64,000 bases of DNA, taken from NCBI GenBank assembly GCA_963667175.2, contig CAXXXF010000015.1, positions 320,001 through 384,000 of the forward strand, written 5' to 3'. Origin of the DNA: Candidatus Latescibacterota bacterium (GTDB lineage: Bacteria > Latescibacterota > UBA2968 > GCA-2709665). Made by a program: the position numbers and the translations under genes. Under the pieces are notes generated by a model. The model was given only the letters and a program-made list of their open reading frames with translations, was not told where the DNA came from and made no database searches. Shown in pieces: positions 30,755 through 40,197 of the stretch; position 1 is the first letter of the stretch; each line of letters starts with the position of its first letter.

Positions 30755-30783
30755 AATTTACTCTATTGAGTAAATTTAGTCAA
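30755..30783 (-). promoter_or_regulatory. Leaderless sigma70 promoter overlapped by a 22-bp palindromic operator
   Basis: Minus strand reads TTGACT-17 bp-TAAATT-6 nt-ATG; dyad AATTTACTC-tatt-GAGTAAATT at 30755-30776. Confidence 0.65.
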
Positions 30784-30958
30784 TATAGTAATTCACATTT
30801 CCATGGCACAAATTTGCAATCTGGTTCTCGCGCCGTCAAGCCGCCTGATTTCGGTTCACGCACAAAAAAACGGGATACGCGAAGGTGTGAGCTCCTTCGG
30901 GCATCCCGTCCGCGCGAATCTGTGTCCGGCGTGCGATCGCGTTGGATATTGCCGATGA

Positions 30959-32425
30959 TTACTTCAGCCGGCGCCGCATGGGGCGCCTGGGCGAGGGCGC
31001 GGCGGAGCGGATCTCCTGGATGAACTCGGCCGCGGCGTCGCGGTAGGTCTCGAACGGTTCCTGCAGGCTCAGTTGGCTCTCGTTCTCCAGATAGACCGCG
31101 TCCCAGTCCACAATATACCGTATCCGGTTCTCCGACAGGGCTCTGATCACGTCGGACCGGCCCCGCGCCCGTGTATCGGCGGGCGGCTCGTCTCCCGCGC
31201 GGGCGATCTGCTCCTCCGTTATAATACGGCGCGTCATCCCTTTGTGCTCCAGGTCGAGGTAGAACCCCCGGTTGGAATCGATATTGTGATACTCCAGGTC
31301 CAGGCTCTGGAGCCATGGATCGTTCCAATCCACGCCTTCCGACTGCACGAACATCTCCAGCATCCACTTCTTGGCCACCCAGTCCAGCCGGTCCTTCAGC
31401 TCCATCGGGTCCCGCTCAAGCGCGTCCAGGGTCCGCTCCCATTCGGCCAGCACCCAGTCCGACTCCTCGTCCATCCCCCGCAGATGGCGCTTTGCAAGAT
31501 CCAGGTACCGGCGCTGGATATCCAGCGCCGAGACCGGCCTGCCGTTCCTGCGCTCCAGGATCCACTTGTGGGTGGGATCCCGTGAAATCTCCTTCAGCGC
31601 CCAGACCGGATCACCCAGGCCCACGTCCTGCGGAAACACCTTGAGTTCGAGCAGATTCAACACCATCGCGGTGGTTCCCACCTTCAACGCGGTGGCGTAC
31701 TCCGACATATTCGAATCGCCCATCAGCAGGTGCAGCCTGCGGTACTTGTTGTAGTCGGCCAGCGGTTCGTCGCGGGTATTGATGATCGCCCGGGAGAACT
31801 GGATCCACTGGTAGATCTCCGTGACAATGTGGTCCGCGCGTTGTGAAATCTGAAAGGCGACGGGGTCCTCGTGACCGACGTCGTCGACCTCGTCCCGGCC
31901 ATAGTAATAGAAGCTGTCGTCGTAGCTGCCCACGCGGCCGGCGCCGCTGTAGATCTGCCGTGTCACCAGAAACGGCAGCAGCGCCGGTATCACCACCAGG
32001 GAAAACGGCACGTGTCGCCGGATCAGGTAGTTCTCGTGGCAGCCGAACGTGGCGCCGGTAAAATGGTCGATATTGTTCTTGAGGAACGAAGCCTCTTTCG
32101 CAAGCCCCAGGGAGCGAAGCGAACGCTGCAGAATCCGTTCTCCCGCGCGGTCGGAGGCGACCAGATCGAACAGGCTCTTGCATTCGGGCGTGGTATATTC
32201 GATATGCCCCATGTCGATATAGACCCTGCCGGAATTGAACAAAAAACCGCCGTTTCCCGGCGGTTCGTCCCGGCCCCGATAGTGGATATCGACAATCCCC
32301 TTGCGCTCGGTGTGGAAGATGTGGTCCTTTACCTTCACCGCAATGGCATCCGGGCTGACGAATCCCTCGTGCTCCGGCGCCATGCACCCGTATTCGGTTT
32401 CCAGACCGAAAATGCGACGTTCCAT
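30959..32425 (-). CDS. pafA: Pup/UBact--protein ligase PafA
   Basis: IFGLETEYG, NSGRVYIDMGHIEYTTPEC, KNN.D, GCHENY, SQRAD, INTRDEP, RRLH, LDLEYH, TRA..R. Confidence 0.85.
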   Translation of the reverse strand: MERRIFGLETEYGCMAPEHEGFVSPDAIAVKVKDHIFHTERKGIVDIHYRGRDEPPGNGGFLFNSGRVYIDMGHIEYTTPECKSLFDLVASDRAGERILQRSLRSLGLAKEASFLKNNIDHFTGATFGCHENYLIRRHVPFSLVVIPALLPFLVTRQIYSGAGRVGSYDDSFYYYGRDEVDDVGHEDPVAFQISQRADHIVTEIYQWIQFSRAIINTRDEPLADYNKYRRLHLLMGDSNMSEYATALKVGTTAMVLNLLELKVFPQDVGLGDPVWALKEISRDPTHKWILERRNGRPVSALDIQRRYLDLAKRHLRGMDEESDWVLAEWERTLDALERDPMELKDRLDWVAKKWMLEMFVQSEGVDWNDPWLQSLDLEYHNIDSNRGFYLDLEHKGMTRRIITEEQIARAGDEPPADTRARGRSDVIRALSENRIRYIVDWDAVYLENESQLSLQEPFETYRDAAAEFIQEIRSAAPSPRRPMRRRLK

Positions 32426-32459
32426 TGCGGGTCCTTAGAGATTCAAACACCGGAGTTTA

Positions 32460-32545
32460 CAGGCATGGACAGGACGAAGAAGCGTGAGAAGACGAGGAAA
32501 CGAGAAAAGCGCGAGAAAACGAGGAAACGAGAAAACGAGAAAGTG
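32460..32545. repeat. Low-complexity ACGAGAAA-type repeat between prcA and pafA
   Basis: gaaaagcgcgagaaaac also occurs in the spacers of the 58-59.7 kb gene array (for example at 59281). Confidence 0.55.
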
Positions 32546-32624
32546 AGTAACGGAAGTAAATCGATTCACCGTGGGCCGGTACGGATACGCGGGATCACGT
32601 CAAGATTGCAGGGTCAGCCGCGTC

Positions 32625-33404
32625 TCAGCGATACGGCTTGATCACGGGTTGTATTTCTCGATTGCCAAGAACGCGGCACCGGCGTTTGTCCGCGCCCGAC
32701 CGGTCGAAAACCACGGCCTCAACCGCGGCCGACTCCAACGCGGTCTTCAGGATCGCCTGCAGGTCCGCCTCGCCGGCCAGCCGTTCCAACTCGGACGGCT
32801 CCTGCGGGACTTCGTCCAGGGTTCCCACGAACCGCCCGGCCGCCCAGGCCTCCAGCGCGGCCTTCAACGCGTTCCGCAGGTTGAAGCGCCCGGTCTCCGG
32901 CAAGTAGCTCCGCATCAGCCCGTCCGCTTCCGGAATCTCGCCCACAACGCCGCGGCCTTCGTACTTCTGAAACGCGCCGTCGTAGTCCACGGTATAAAAG
33001 ACAGCGCCTTTTTCCGATCCATCGAGTTCCAGCATCAGGACCCGCACGATGTACGGCGACCGGAACACCTCGTCGAACGCCGTTTTGACCGCCGGGCCCA
33101 GGCCGAAGTGCACGATCTGCTGCAGGTTCACGTCCTGCTCGGAGTAATTGAACCCGATCACCGACGCCAGGTCCACGGCGGACTGACGCAGCTTCTCGAC
33201 GTCGGCCGGATGTCCGAGCGCGGCCATGCCGATGCGGTCGTACACCTCGAAGACCTTCTGCTGGCCCTGACCCAGCGTGAGGAGCAGCGCGCCGTCGCGG
33301 TAGGCCAGGCCCACGACCGGGCTGCCGCCCCGGAGCTGGTCTTCGATGTATTCGCGCCGGTTGGCGACCGCCTCGGCCCATCGATAGGGTTCGTCCAGCA
33401 TCAT
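32625..33404 (-). CDS. prcA: 20S proteasome alpha subunit
   Basis: EPYRWAEAVANRREYIEDQLRGGSPVV, KVFEVYDRI; operon position. Confidence 0.88.
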   Translation of the reverse strand: MMLDEPYRWAEAVANRREYIEDQLRGGSPVVGLAYRDGALLLTLGQGQQKVFEVYDRIGMAALGHPADVEKLRQSAVDLASVIGFNYSEQDVNLQQIVHFGLGPAVKTAFDEVFRSPYIVRVLMLELDGSEKGAVFYTVDYDGAFQKYEGRGVVGEIPEADGLMRSYLPETGRFNLRNALKAALEAWAAGRFVGTLDEVPQEPSELERLAGEADLQAILKTALESAAVEAVVFDRSGADKRRCRVLGNREIQPVIKPYR

Positions 33405-34219
33405 CCCTCAGCGTCTCCCGTTCCGTCCGCCCGGGCGATGTGCCGCTCGTGGGAGGCCCGCAGCTCCTCCTCGGTCACGGTGCGCAATCCATCCGCCGAG
33501 ATGGTTTTCACGGTGGGCGCCACCCCGGCGTCCCGCTCGTACCTTCCCGTGGCCGCGTCGTATTCCGCGGCCGTATGCAGCAGGCGCAACGCCATCCCGA
33601 GGCTCTCGCTCCGGCCCAGCTCGGCAAACGGACGTTCGCCCCACTGGTTGTTGTAGTACATCGCGCCCCGGATGGCGGCCGCGCCCGATCCGGTGGTGGA
33701 AAAATCGGCGCTTTCGAACTGCGCGCCCAGTACGTCGTAGAAGAAGATCTTCCCGCGGCTATCCAGCCGATCGTACGTGGCGAATATGGGGATCACCGGC
33801 CCGATGCCCTGCATGGCCATCGGCAGATTGTCGCGTATCAGAAGGGAGAGACGCCGCAGTTTGGCCGCCAGGCTCATTTCCTGCAACTGCCGGCGCCGGT
33901 GATATTGAAAGGTGTGCTCGAGGATGCGGGCGATTTCGTACGCCATGGCAGGCGATCCGGAGATGGCCATCACCGAGAACGCGTCGATATCGATCACCTT
34001 ATCGGCGCGGTCGTAAAGCACGGTGTGGCCGGCGGTCGCCCGGCGGTCGCCGGCGATGAGGACGCCATCCCGGTAGCGAAGGGCCAGGATGGTCGTGCCC
34101 TCGGTGGGCTGAAACGGAAGGGACGCCGCGCCGCCCTGTGCGCTTTCCCTCAGGTCGGCGCCGGGCAGCCGGTATCCTTCGGCTTTCAACAGATCCAGAA
34201 AATCCCCACCCGCACGCAT
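33401..34219 (-). CDS. prcB: 20S proteasome beta subunit
   Basis: Propeptide followed by EG-TTILAL (catalytic Thr), AGDRRAT, GSG and D.ATG. Confidence 0.92.
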   Translation of the reverse strand: MRAGGDFLDLLKAEGYRLPGADLRESAQGGAASLPFQPTEGTTILALRYRDGVLIAGDRRATAGHTVLYDRADKVIDIDAFSVMAISGSPAMAYEIARILEHTFQYHRRRQLQEMSLAAKLRRLSLLIRDNLPMAMQGIGPVIPIFATYDRLDSRGKIFFYDVLGAQFESADFSTTGSGAAAIRGAMYYNNQWGERPFAELGRSESLGMALRLLHTAAEYDAATGRYERDAGVAPTVKTISADGLRTVTEEELRASHERHIARADGTGDAEG

Positions 34220-34223
34220 CGGC

Positions 34224-34421
34224 TTACTCGCCCGTGCGCTGGCGGTAGCGTCGCGCCTGATTCGGGTCCACGCGGCGCATTCGGCGCAGCAGGTCGCGGG
34301 TATCGGGGCGGTCAACGTCCGGTCGGGACGGTCCGTCGTTCCCGTCGTTCGGTCCCTCGTCGGGGGGCCCTGGCCGTCGGGTTCGCCGTTCCAAACTGGC
34401 AAGGTCTCTCTTCATAGTCAT
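34224..34421 (-). CDS. ubact: Ubiquitin-like protein UBact
   Basis: 65-aa disordered protein ending LLRRMRRVDPNQARRYRQRTGE, the UBact R(T/S)G(E/Q) terminus, lying between dop and prcB. Confidence 0.9.
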   Translation of the reverse strand: MTMKRDLASLERRTRRPGPPDEGPNDGNDGPSRPDVDRPDTRDLLRRMRRVDPNQARRYRQRTGE

Positions 34422-35986
34422 CTCCTCCTGGTGTCCTGTCCCGGCCCGGTTGCGCGACCCGCGGTCAGGCCTAGCAGCCCGTTCAGGAATTCCTCCAGTT
34501 CATCCGAGCGGTCCAACGCTCTATTATAATACGCGACCTTCTCTCCATCAACCAGATCCTTCATATCCACGGCACGCTGTTTCCCGTTCCTTGAAAACAC
34601 GATCCGGTCCCAGTTGACCGACTTGACGTCGTTCCCGAATTTCTCCAGGCATCGCCCGCGGAAATACGCCCGCGTGTCCGCCGGCGGAACGGACATCGCC
34701 TCCACGATCCGCTCGTCGTCGACGAGCCGTACCATCTTTCCCTGTTCTTCCAGCAGAAAGTAGAGCCCGGTCTCCCGGTCCACGTTGTGGTACTCCAGAT
34801 CCTGGCTCTGAAGCCAGGCCAGATCGTTCGGATTGTCCCAGGAAAGTCCTTCCGCCTCGCGAAAACAGTCCAGCAGCCACTTCTTGCTCACCCAGTCGCA
34901 GGCGCCCACCATCGACATGGGATCCCGTTCGAGGCCGTCCAGAGTCTCCTCCCAGGCGTTCAGCACCCAGAGCGTTTCCACGTCTCCGTCTCCGAAACGG
35001 TCTCGCGCCCGCGTCAGGTACATCCGCTGGACCTCGACGGCCGGAACCAGCCGGTTGGTCTTGCGATCCAGCTCCACCATCCACTGGTAGCTCTGGTCGC
35101 GCGACACGTCCTTCAGCGCGTCGATCGGATCCTTCAATTCCACGTCGGGAAGATCATCCTCTTCAACCAGTCCCACCACCAGGGCCGCGGCGCCGACTTT
35201 CAGGGCCGTGACGGTTTCCGACATGTTCGAGTCGCCGAGGATCACGTGGAGCCTGCGGTAGCGGCGGGGGTTGGCGTGAGGCTCGTCCCGCGTGTTGATG
35301 AGCGGCCGCTTGTGCATGGTGTCCACGCTGGCGATCACCTCGAAGAATTCGGACCGCTGCGAGAGCTGATAGACGGCCGCCCTGTCGCCACGCTCCACGC
35401 CCACCTTGCCGGCGCCCGCGTAAATCTGCCGCGTGACGAGAAACGGCAGCAGGCCCTTCACGATTCGCGCGAAAGGGGTCCCGCGGTCCATCAGGTAGTT
35501 CTCGTGGCACCCGTAGCTGTGACCTTCGAAGTCGGTGTTGTTCTTGTAGATCCGGACCGCGCCCTCGCCAAGCATCTCCGTCCGCCGTCGGGCGCAGAGG
35601 TCCACGATCCGCTCGCCGGCGCGGTCCTGCGCCACCAGGTCGAAGAGGCTGAGGCACTCGCCCGTGGCGTATTCCGGATGGGTATGGTCGTTGTAGAAGC
35701 GGGCGCCGTTGCGAATGATCAGATCGCTTTTCAATTCCTCGAGCGGCACCTTTCGCTGACGGTCTTTCTGAAGGTGCGCCTTCTCGTCGGTATCGTTCAG
35801 CAGGGAGCTCACTTCGAACCCCCGCACGTCCCTGCGGGGGTTCTCCAACTGATAGTCCCACAGGGGCGTGAAATCACCTCGGAGATAGCACCGGATCAAC
35901 TGCATCGACTCTTCCACCACGTCGGTCCTGCCCGCCCCGTCGATGGTGATTCCGTACTCGGTTTCCAGGCCGAAGAGTCTATTCAT
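34418..35986 (-). CDS. dop: Depupylase/deamidase Dop (PafA2 family)
   Basis: LFGLETEYG, WDY..ENP..D.RG, NGARFYNDHTHPEY (Dop-type His), HVILGDSN. Confidence 0.85.
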   Translation of the reverse strand: MNRLFGLETEYGITIDGAGRTDVVEESMQLIRCYLRGDFTPLWDYQLENPRRDVRGFEVSSLLNDTDEKAHLQKDRQRKVPLEELKSDLIIRNGARFYNDHTHPEYATGECLSLFDLVAQDRAGERIVDLCARRRTEMLGEGAVRIYKNNTDFEGHSYGCHENYLMDRGTPFARIVKGLLPFLVTRQIYAGAGKVGVERGDRAAVYQLSQRSEFFEVIASVDTMHKRPLINTRDEPHANPRRYRRLHVILGDSNMSETVTALKVGAAALVVGLVEEDDLPDVELKDPIDALKDVSRDQSYQWMVELDRKTNRLVPAVEVQRMYLTRARDRFGDGDVETLWVLNAWEETLDGLERDPMSMVGACDWVSKKWLLDCFREAEGLSWDNPNDLAWLQSQDLEYHNVDRETGLYFLLEEQGKMVRLVDDERIVEAMSVPPADTRAYFRGRCLEKFGNDVKSVNWDRIVFSRNGKQRAVDMKDLVDGEKVAYYNRALDRSDELEEFLNGLLGLTAGRATGPGQDTRRR

Positions 35987-36152
35987 GAACCCTTCTCGAA
36001 TCAAGATCCAGATGCGGAAGAAGCACGCCGATCAACGGATATACACACTCTGGAACTGCGTTCCGGGCGGTCTCAAACTTCACGTCTCTAATTTACTTTT
36101 TTTTCTTCGTCCTTTTTCTTATGCCGCGTAAGAAAAAGGACCAAAAAGAACC

Positions 36153-36295
36153 GCCGACCTACCCCCTATCCCCCTTCCCGGGGGGAAGGGGGAACTGTCA
36201 TCGCTTGTAGACGTCTCGCTCTGCTCCCCCTCTCCCCACGGGAGAGGGGGCCTGCCTGCCGGCAGGCAGGCCGGGGGGAGAGGTCTGCGTCTATC
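36153..36295. repeat. Hairpin doublet (modules A and B with the 20-bp palindrome)
   Basis: Near-identical to array unit 2 (about 49240-49378), including the actgtcatcgcttgtagacgtctcgctctg spacer. Confidence 0.9.
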
Positions 36296-36361
36296 TGGTC
36301 CTGCCACGTGACGGTGCAGACGTCAACGGGTTTGGCTCTTGACTCAAGCTGACTGCTGATG

Positions 36362-36755
36362 GCTGACTGCTTTGGTTTTCTTTGTGTCTTCGTGTCTTTG
36401 TGTGAGCGGTTTTCGCTTTTGCTTCAACGGGAATTTGGGGAAAAGGAGATTTTGAAGTTGACGTTCGACTTTGATTCTAGCTGTCTGCTGGCATCTGGTT
36501 TGGTTTCCCTTTGTGTCTTCGTGTCTTTGTGTGAGCTGATCTTCGCTTGTGGCTGATAGCTGACTGCTTTGGTTTTCTTTGTGTCTTCGTGTCTTTGTGT
36601 GAGCGGTTTTCGCTTTTGCTTCAACGGGAATTTGGGGAAAAGGAGATTTTGAAGTTGACGTTCGACTTTGATTCTAGCTGTCTGCTGGCATCTGGTTTGG
36701 TTTCCCTTTGTGTCTTCGTGTCTTTGTGTGAGCTGATCTTCGCTTGTGGCTGATT
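36362..36755. repeat. Tandem duplication, period 197 bp, built from modules C and D
   Basis: The units starting at 36362 and 36559 appear identical and give duplicated spurious ORFs. Confidence 0.9.
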
Positions 36756-36781
36756 GCTGACCGCTGATCGCTGCTCTTCAA

Positions 36782-38503
36782 CTATATGATCCGATGGGCA
36801 CGCCGGTTCGGCTCCCGGCCGGGACGAATCGGTGACGCGCGGACGACGTTTTCCGGATCGTAATCGAGCAGTTTCAGCCAGTCTTCCGTGTTGTCGGTGG
36901 GCGGGAAGATCTCGTTCTCGGTATACTCGGTGTCGACCGCCTGGAGCAGGTCGTCCCCCGAGATGCCCTCCTCCCGTCCGGACGCGATGGACCGCCGGAT
37001 GGCCGTCTCCTTTGCCCGCCTCACAATCGACTCCATGATCGCCCCGCTGGCCAGATCCCCGCGCCGGAGGACGTCCTTTCGGCCGCTTCGCAGGGTCACT
37101 TCGAGAAACCGCGTATGGTCCCGCTTCGAAAAGATCTCTTCCGCCGTGCGCGCGACGAGCGACTCGACGGCCGCGGCGGAATCGCCCCCGTGTTGCGCCA
37201 GCGCTTTCCGGTCGATCGGCAGGTCGGGCGTCAGGTAGATCTTGAGGATATCGAGCGCGCCGTACCGGTCCGGTCGCTTCACCTTGATTTTCCGGTCGAT
37301 TCGGCCCGGCCGCAGAATGGCGGGATCGATCAGATCGGGGCGGTTGGACGCCAGAATGATCACCACGTCCTGGAGCGACTCGATGCCGTCCATTTCCGAA
37401 CAGAACATCGGCACCACGGTATTCGAAATGCTGTGCGACCGCATCGCCCGGCGGGTGCCGAGGACGGACTCCGCCTCGTCGATGAACACCACGGGCAGAT
37501 AGCCCTCGTTCCGCTTCTCCCGCGCCCGGGAGAAAATCTCGCGAATCTGGCGTTCGGACTCGCCCAGCCACATATTGAGGATTTCCGGCCCTTTGACGCT
37601 CATGAAACATTCCTTCAGGTTCAGACCGGCCTCCCGCCGGGCCTGCTTGACGAGGTTGTACGCGGTTGCCTTGCCGATCAGCGTCTTGCCGCAGCCCGGG
37701 GGGCCATACAACAGGAACCCCTTGGGGACGCTGTATTGGAACCTGGAGAACAGGTCCGGATGCAACGTGGGCATCTCGATCGTATCCTTAATCGCCTGGA
37801 TGGCCTCTTCCTGGCCGCCGATCTTTTCCCAGGGCAGATCCGGAATTTCTTCGAGGGTATAGTCCCCGGCCTCTTTTCCGGACATGCGTTCCAGCGCCAC
37901 CCGGAAGTTCGGGTCCACGCGGACCTCGTCGCCCGCCTTCAGGGACGCCTGCGCCAGGTCGCTCGATCGGGAAAGCACCGACGCCTGCCCGCCCGGTTCC
38001 TGGCCGACCCGCAGCCGGCCGTCTTCCAGCACGTCGGATATCTTCACCACCTGACCCGAGGATGAAACGCCCAGCTCGCCAACGATGGCGAACGCGTCGT
38101 TTACCAGCACCCTCGCGCCCACCTTCAGCGCTTCCTGGTCCAGCCGGGTATCGACGTTGGCGTAATATTCCGATCCGCCCACGCTGATGCAGGCCACGCC
38201 GTCGCGGGGACCCTCGAGGAGCGTGCCCACGCGGTTCGCTGGCGCCGTTACCTTCTCGAGCGCGGCCTCCATCTCCACGATGGTGCGCCTCGCCTCCTCG
38301 AACGTGATTTCGTCTTCCTGAAGCTGTCTGCGGAGATGGTAGAGCAGCGGGCGCCGTTTGTCCTTTTCGTCCATCGATATCAATATCTGGTCGATAATGG
38401 ACAGCGAGCGAAACGTGTGCTGCGTATCCACGTAGTCCTGCAGAAAGTCGTCCGGCGACTTTCGCTGTCGCTTTCCGTCGTCGGGGCGGTTAATGGCGCT
38501 CAC
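36782..38503 (-). CDS. arc: Proteasome ATPase ARC/Mpa
   Basis: N-terminal coiled coil, OB domains, GFLLYGPPGCGKT, VKGPEILNMWLGESE, FIDEAE, ILRPGRIDRKI. The start is uncertain (GTG 38503 or ATT 38494). Confidence 0.9.
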   Translation of the reverse strand: MSAINRPDDGKRQRKSPDDFLQDYVDTQHTFRSLSIIDQILISMDEKDKRRPLLYHLRRQLQEDEITFEEARRTIVEMEAALEKVTAPANRVGTLLEGPRDGVACISVGGSEYYANVDTRLDQEALKVGARVLVNDAFAIVGELGVSSSGQVVKISDVLEDGRLRVGQEPGGQASVLSRSSDLAQASLKAGDEVRVDPNFRVALERMSGKEAGDYTLEEIPDLPWEKIGGQEEAIQAIKDTIEMPTLHPDLFSRFQYSVPKGFLLYGPPGCGKTLIGKATAYNLVKQARREAGLNLKECFMSVKGPEILNMWLGESERQIREIFSRAREKRNEGYLPVVFIDEAESVLGTRRAMRSHSISNTVVPMFCSEMDGIESLQDVVIILASNRPDLIDPAILRPGRIDRKIKVKRPDRYGALDILKIYLTPDLPIDRKALAQHGGDSAAAVESLVARTAEEIFSKRDHTRFLEVTLRSGRKDVLRRGDLASGAIMESIVRRAKETAIRRSIASGREEGISGDDLLQAVDTEYTENEIFPPTDNTEDWLKLLDYDPENVVRASPIRPGREPNRRAHRII

Positions 38504-38513
38504 CTCCGGGATC

Positions 38514-38603
38514 GAAGAAGGAAAAAGGAAGAAGGAAGAAGGGGTGGTCCTCGTGTGGTTTATCCATAGCATCCCGGCAGGGCGCCTGACGACGGACAAA
38601 CAC
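38514..38603. repeat. Dispersed repeat family X, copy 2
   Basis: gaagaaggaa heptamers plus tggtcctcgtgtggtttatccat...gggcgcctgac. Confidence 0.8.
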
Positions 38604-38687
38604 CCGTCTGAACTGCGTCCCTATTGTATTCGTAGGGGCAACCCTTGTGGTTGCCCGCCTGACCGGTGTTACGGTTCTTACCCTTTG

Positions 38688-38770
38688 TTTTTCTTCGTGT
38701 CTTTGTGTCTCCGTGTGAACTGCTTTTCGCTCTTGACTCAAGCTGACCGCTGACGGCTGATCGCTGCTCT
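38688..38770. repeat. Repeat modules D and C
   Basis: cttcgtgtctttgtgtctccgtgtgaa followed by ttgactcaagctgaccgctgacggctgatcgctg. Confidence 0.75.
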
Positions 38771-38783
38771 TTGCTGCGTTTCG

Positions 38784-39686
38784 CTAATCATCCATCTCCC
38801 GCTTGAAGGTGAGCTTCATCTTGGCGCCGGCGTTCTCCACCTTGACGTTGCCCCTGATCACGGTGACGTCCATCTCTTTGAACGATACCTTGATTTCATG
38901 TCCGATTACGATTCCATGGCCCACGTCGATGGTCCATTTTCCCTTCCCTTCGCCCGTGCCCTCGACCATGATGGACACCGCGTTCGAAAATATCCAGCCG
39001 CGGTACCGCATCCGCCGGGTCTCGTCGATGAGGGCGACCCGGCGGCCCTTCTTCTTCGCCAGTCGCTTCAACACGTAAACGCTGTTGATTTCCACCGTGC
39101 CTGTATCCTGAAGCGCGGGGATGGGGATCTCGTGGCGGCGCGACCCGTTCCACGAATCTCCGGAACCGACCTCCCGTTCGGGCAGAACCGGATGAATCTC
39201 CGGCGCCCAGAGCTGATGCAGATCGCTGATCGCCGCTTCCCGGCGCACTTCGTAGGATTTGAATCCGGGCTTGAACCCGATCACGTCGCCCGCACCGGTT
39301 ACGTTCCACGTAAACGTCCGGTTGTTGAACATATCGAGCAGATACGGGAAGTTGTTCTCGCTGATCTGAACGCGGTCTTCCATAACCGTGCTCTCGGCGT
39401 CCTGAACCGTTGCCGTGACGGTTGCGGCTTCCGCTGAGACTGCGGTGACGGCTTCCCTGCTCTTCCATTTTCCGTAGGTCCGGACGTCGACGGTGCCGGA
39501 CGTCTTGTCATCGTCGATCAGGTCGGCGCGACCGCTGTAATATTCCAGCGTCCAGGAGTTCTTGTACAGATTCGACTGCCCCGACCTGTAGACGAAGTTG
39601 AGCGCCACCTTCTCGGCAAACGCGGATCCTCCCGGAACGAACGGAACAGTCAAAATGAACAGGCAAAGAAGACGATTCCGGCCCAT
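38784..39686 (-). CDS. Secreted hypothetical beta-rich protein
   Basis: Signal peptide ending SAFA; SD AGGAGG before ATG 39686; LP...V..GDSW motif. Confidence 0.7.
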   Translation of the reverse strand: MGRNRLLCLFILTVPFVPGGSAFAEKVALNFVYRSGQSNLYKNSWTLEYYSGRADLIDDDKTSGTVDVRTYGKWKSREAVTAVSAEAATVTATVQDAESTVMEDRVQISENNFPYLLDMFNNRTFTWNVTGAGDVIGFKPGFKSYEVRREAAISDLHQLWAPEIHPVLPEREVGSGDSWNGSRRHEIPIPALQDTGTVEINSVYVLKRLAKKKGRRVALIDETRRMRYRGWIFSNAVSIMVEGTGEGKGKWTIDVGHGIVIGHEIKVSFKEMDVTVIRGNVKVENAGAKMKLTFKREMDD

Positions 39687-39834
39687 GGCTCCCTCCTGCT
39701 GTGATGGACTGCGATTCAATAACGGGGGACTCTGCCTGCGTCAGTCGAACCGGAAGAGGTTCCGATGCGAATCGGCGTCGTTGGTCACGCGAGGAATTAC
39801 GGTATCCCAACCAAAAAAAAGGCCCGTGATGAGC

Positions 39835-39863
39835 AAAGTAACATCGAAGTACCGTGAAGTCAA
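39835..39863 (-). promoter_or_regulatory. Sigma70-type promoter
   Basis: Minus strand reads TTGACT-17 bp-TACTTT with an extended -10 TG. Confidence 0.55.
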
Positions 39864-40197
39864 GTTGAGCACGGATGGCGGTGTGACGTCCGGGAGGTCC
39901 CCCGGGGCGCGCTGGAGACGTTGACGTCCGGCGGCATCGAGCCGGAAGTTTGTGGATCCCCTCATCCCGTGACGTGAATCTTCTCTTCAGTTCCGGAAAA
40001 GGGCTTGACATGGCCACGCGTATGGCCAATGTTTTAGCATACTACGGTCGGCAGGACGGTCCCTTGCGCCTTCAGGGCGGCGGCGACCCTGCCTGGATCG
40101 TCGGGACCCGTCGCATTGGGAATCGCGAGTCCGCGTCATCGCGGTAACGATGGCCGGTTCTTCGGCACAGCGCGTCACGAAAAGAGGGTGGCTGAAC

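Noticed and set aside
23096-30950. Integrative element or prophage as carrier of the defence island
   Set aside because: No integrase, tRNA, phage genes or flanking att-like direct repeats were seen.
34224-34421. Actinobacterial Pup
   Set aside because: The C-terminus is RQRTGE, not GG(E/Q), which fits UBact.
39741-39965. 74-aa ORF in the divergent intergenic region
   Set aside because: It overlaps a good promoter and has no SD or recognisable motifs.
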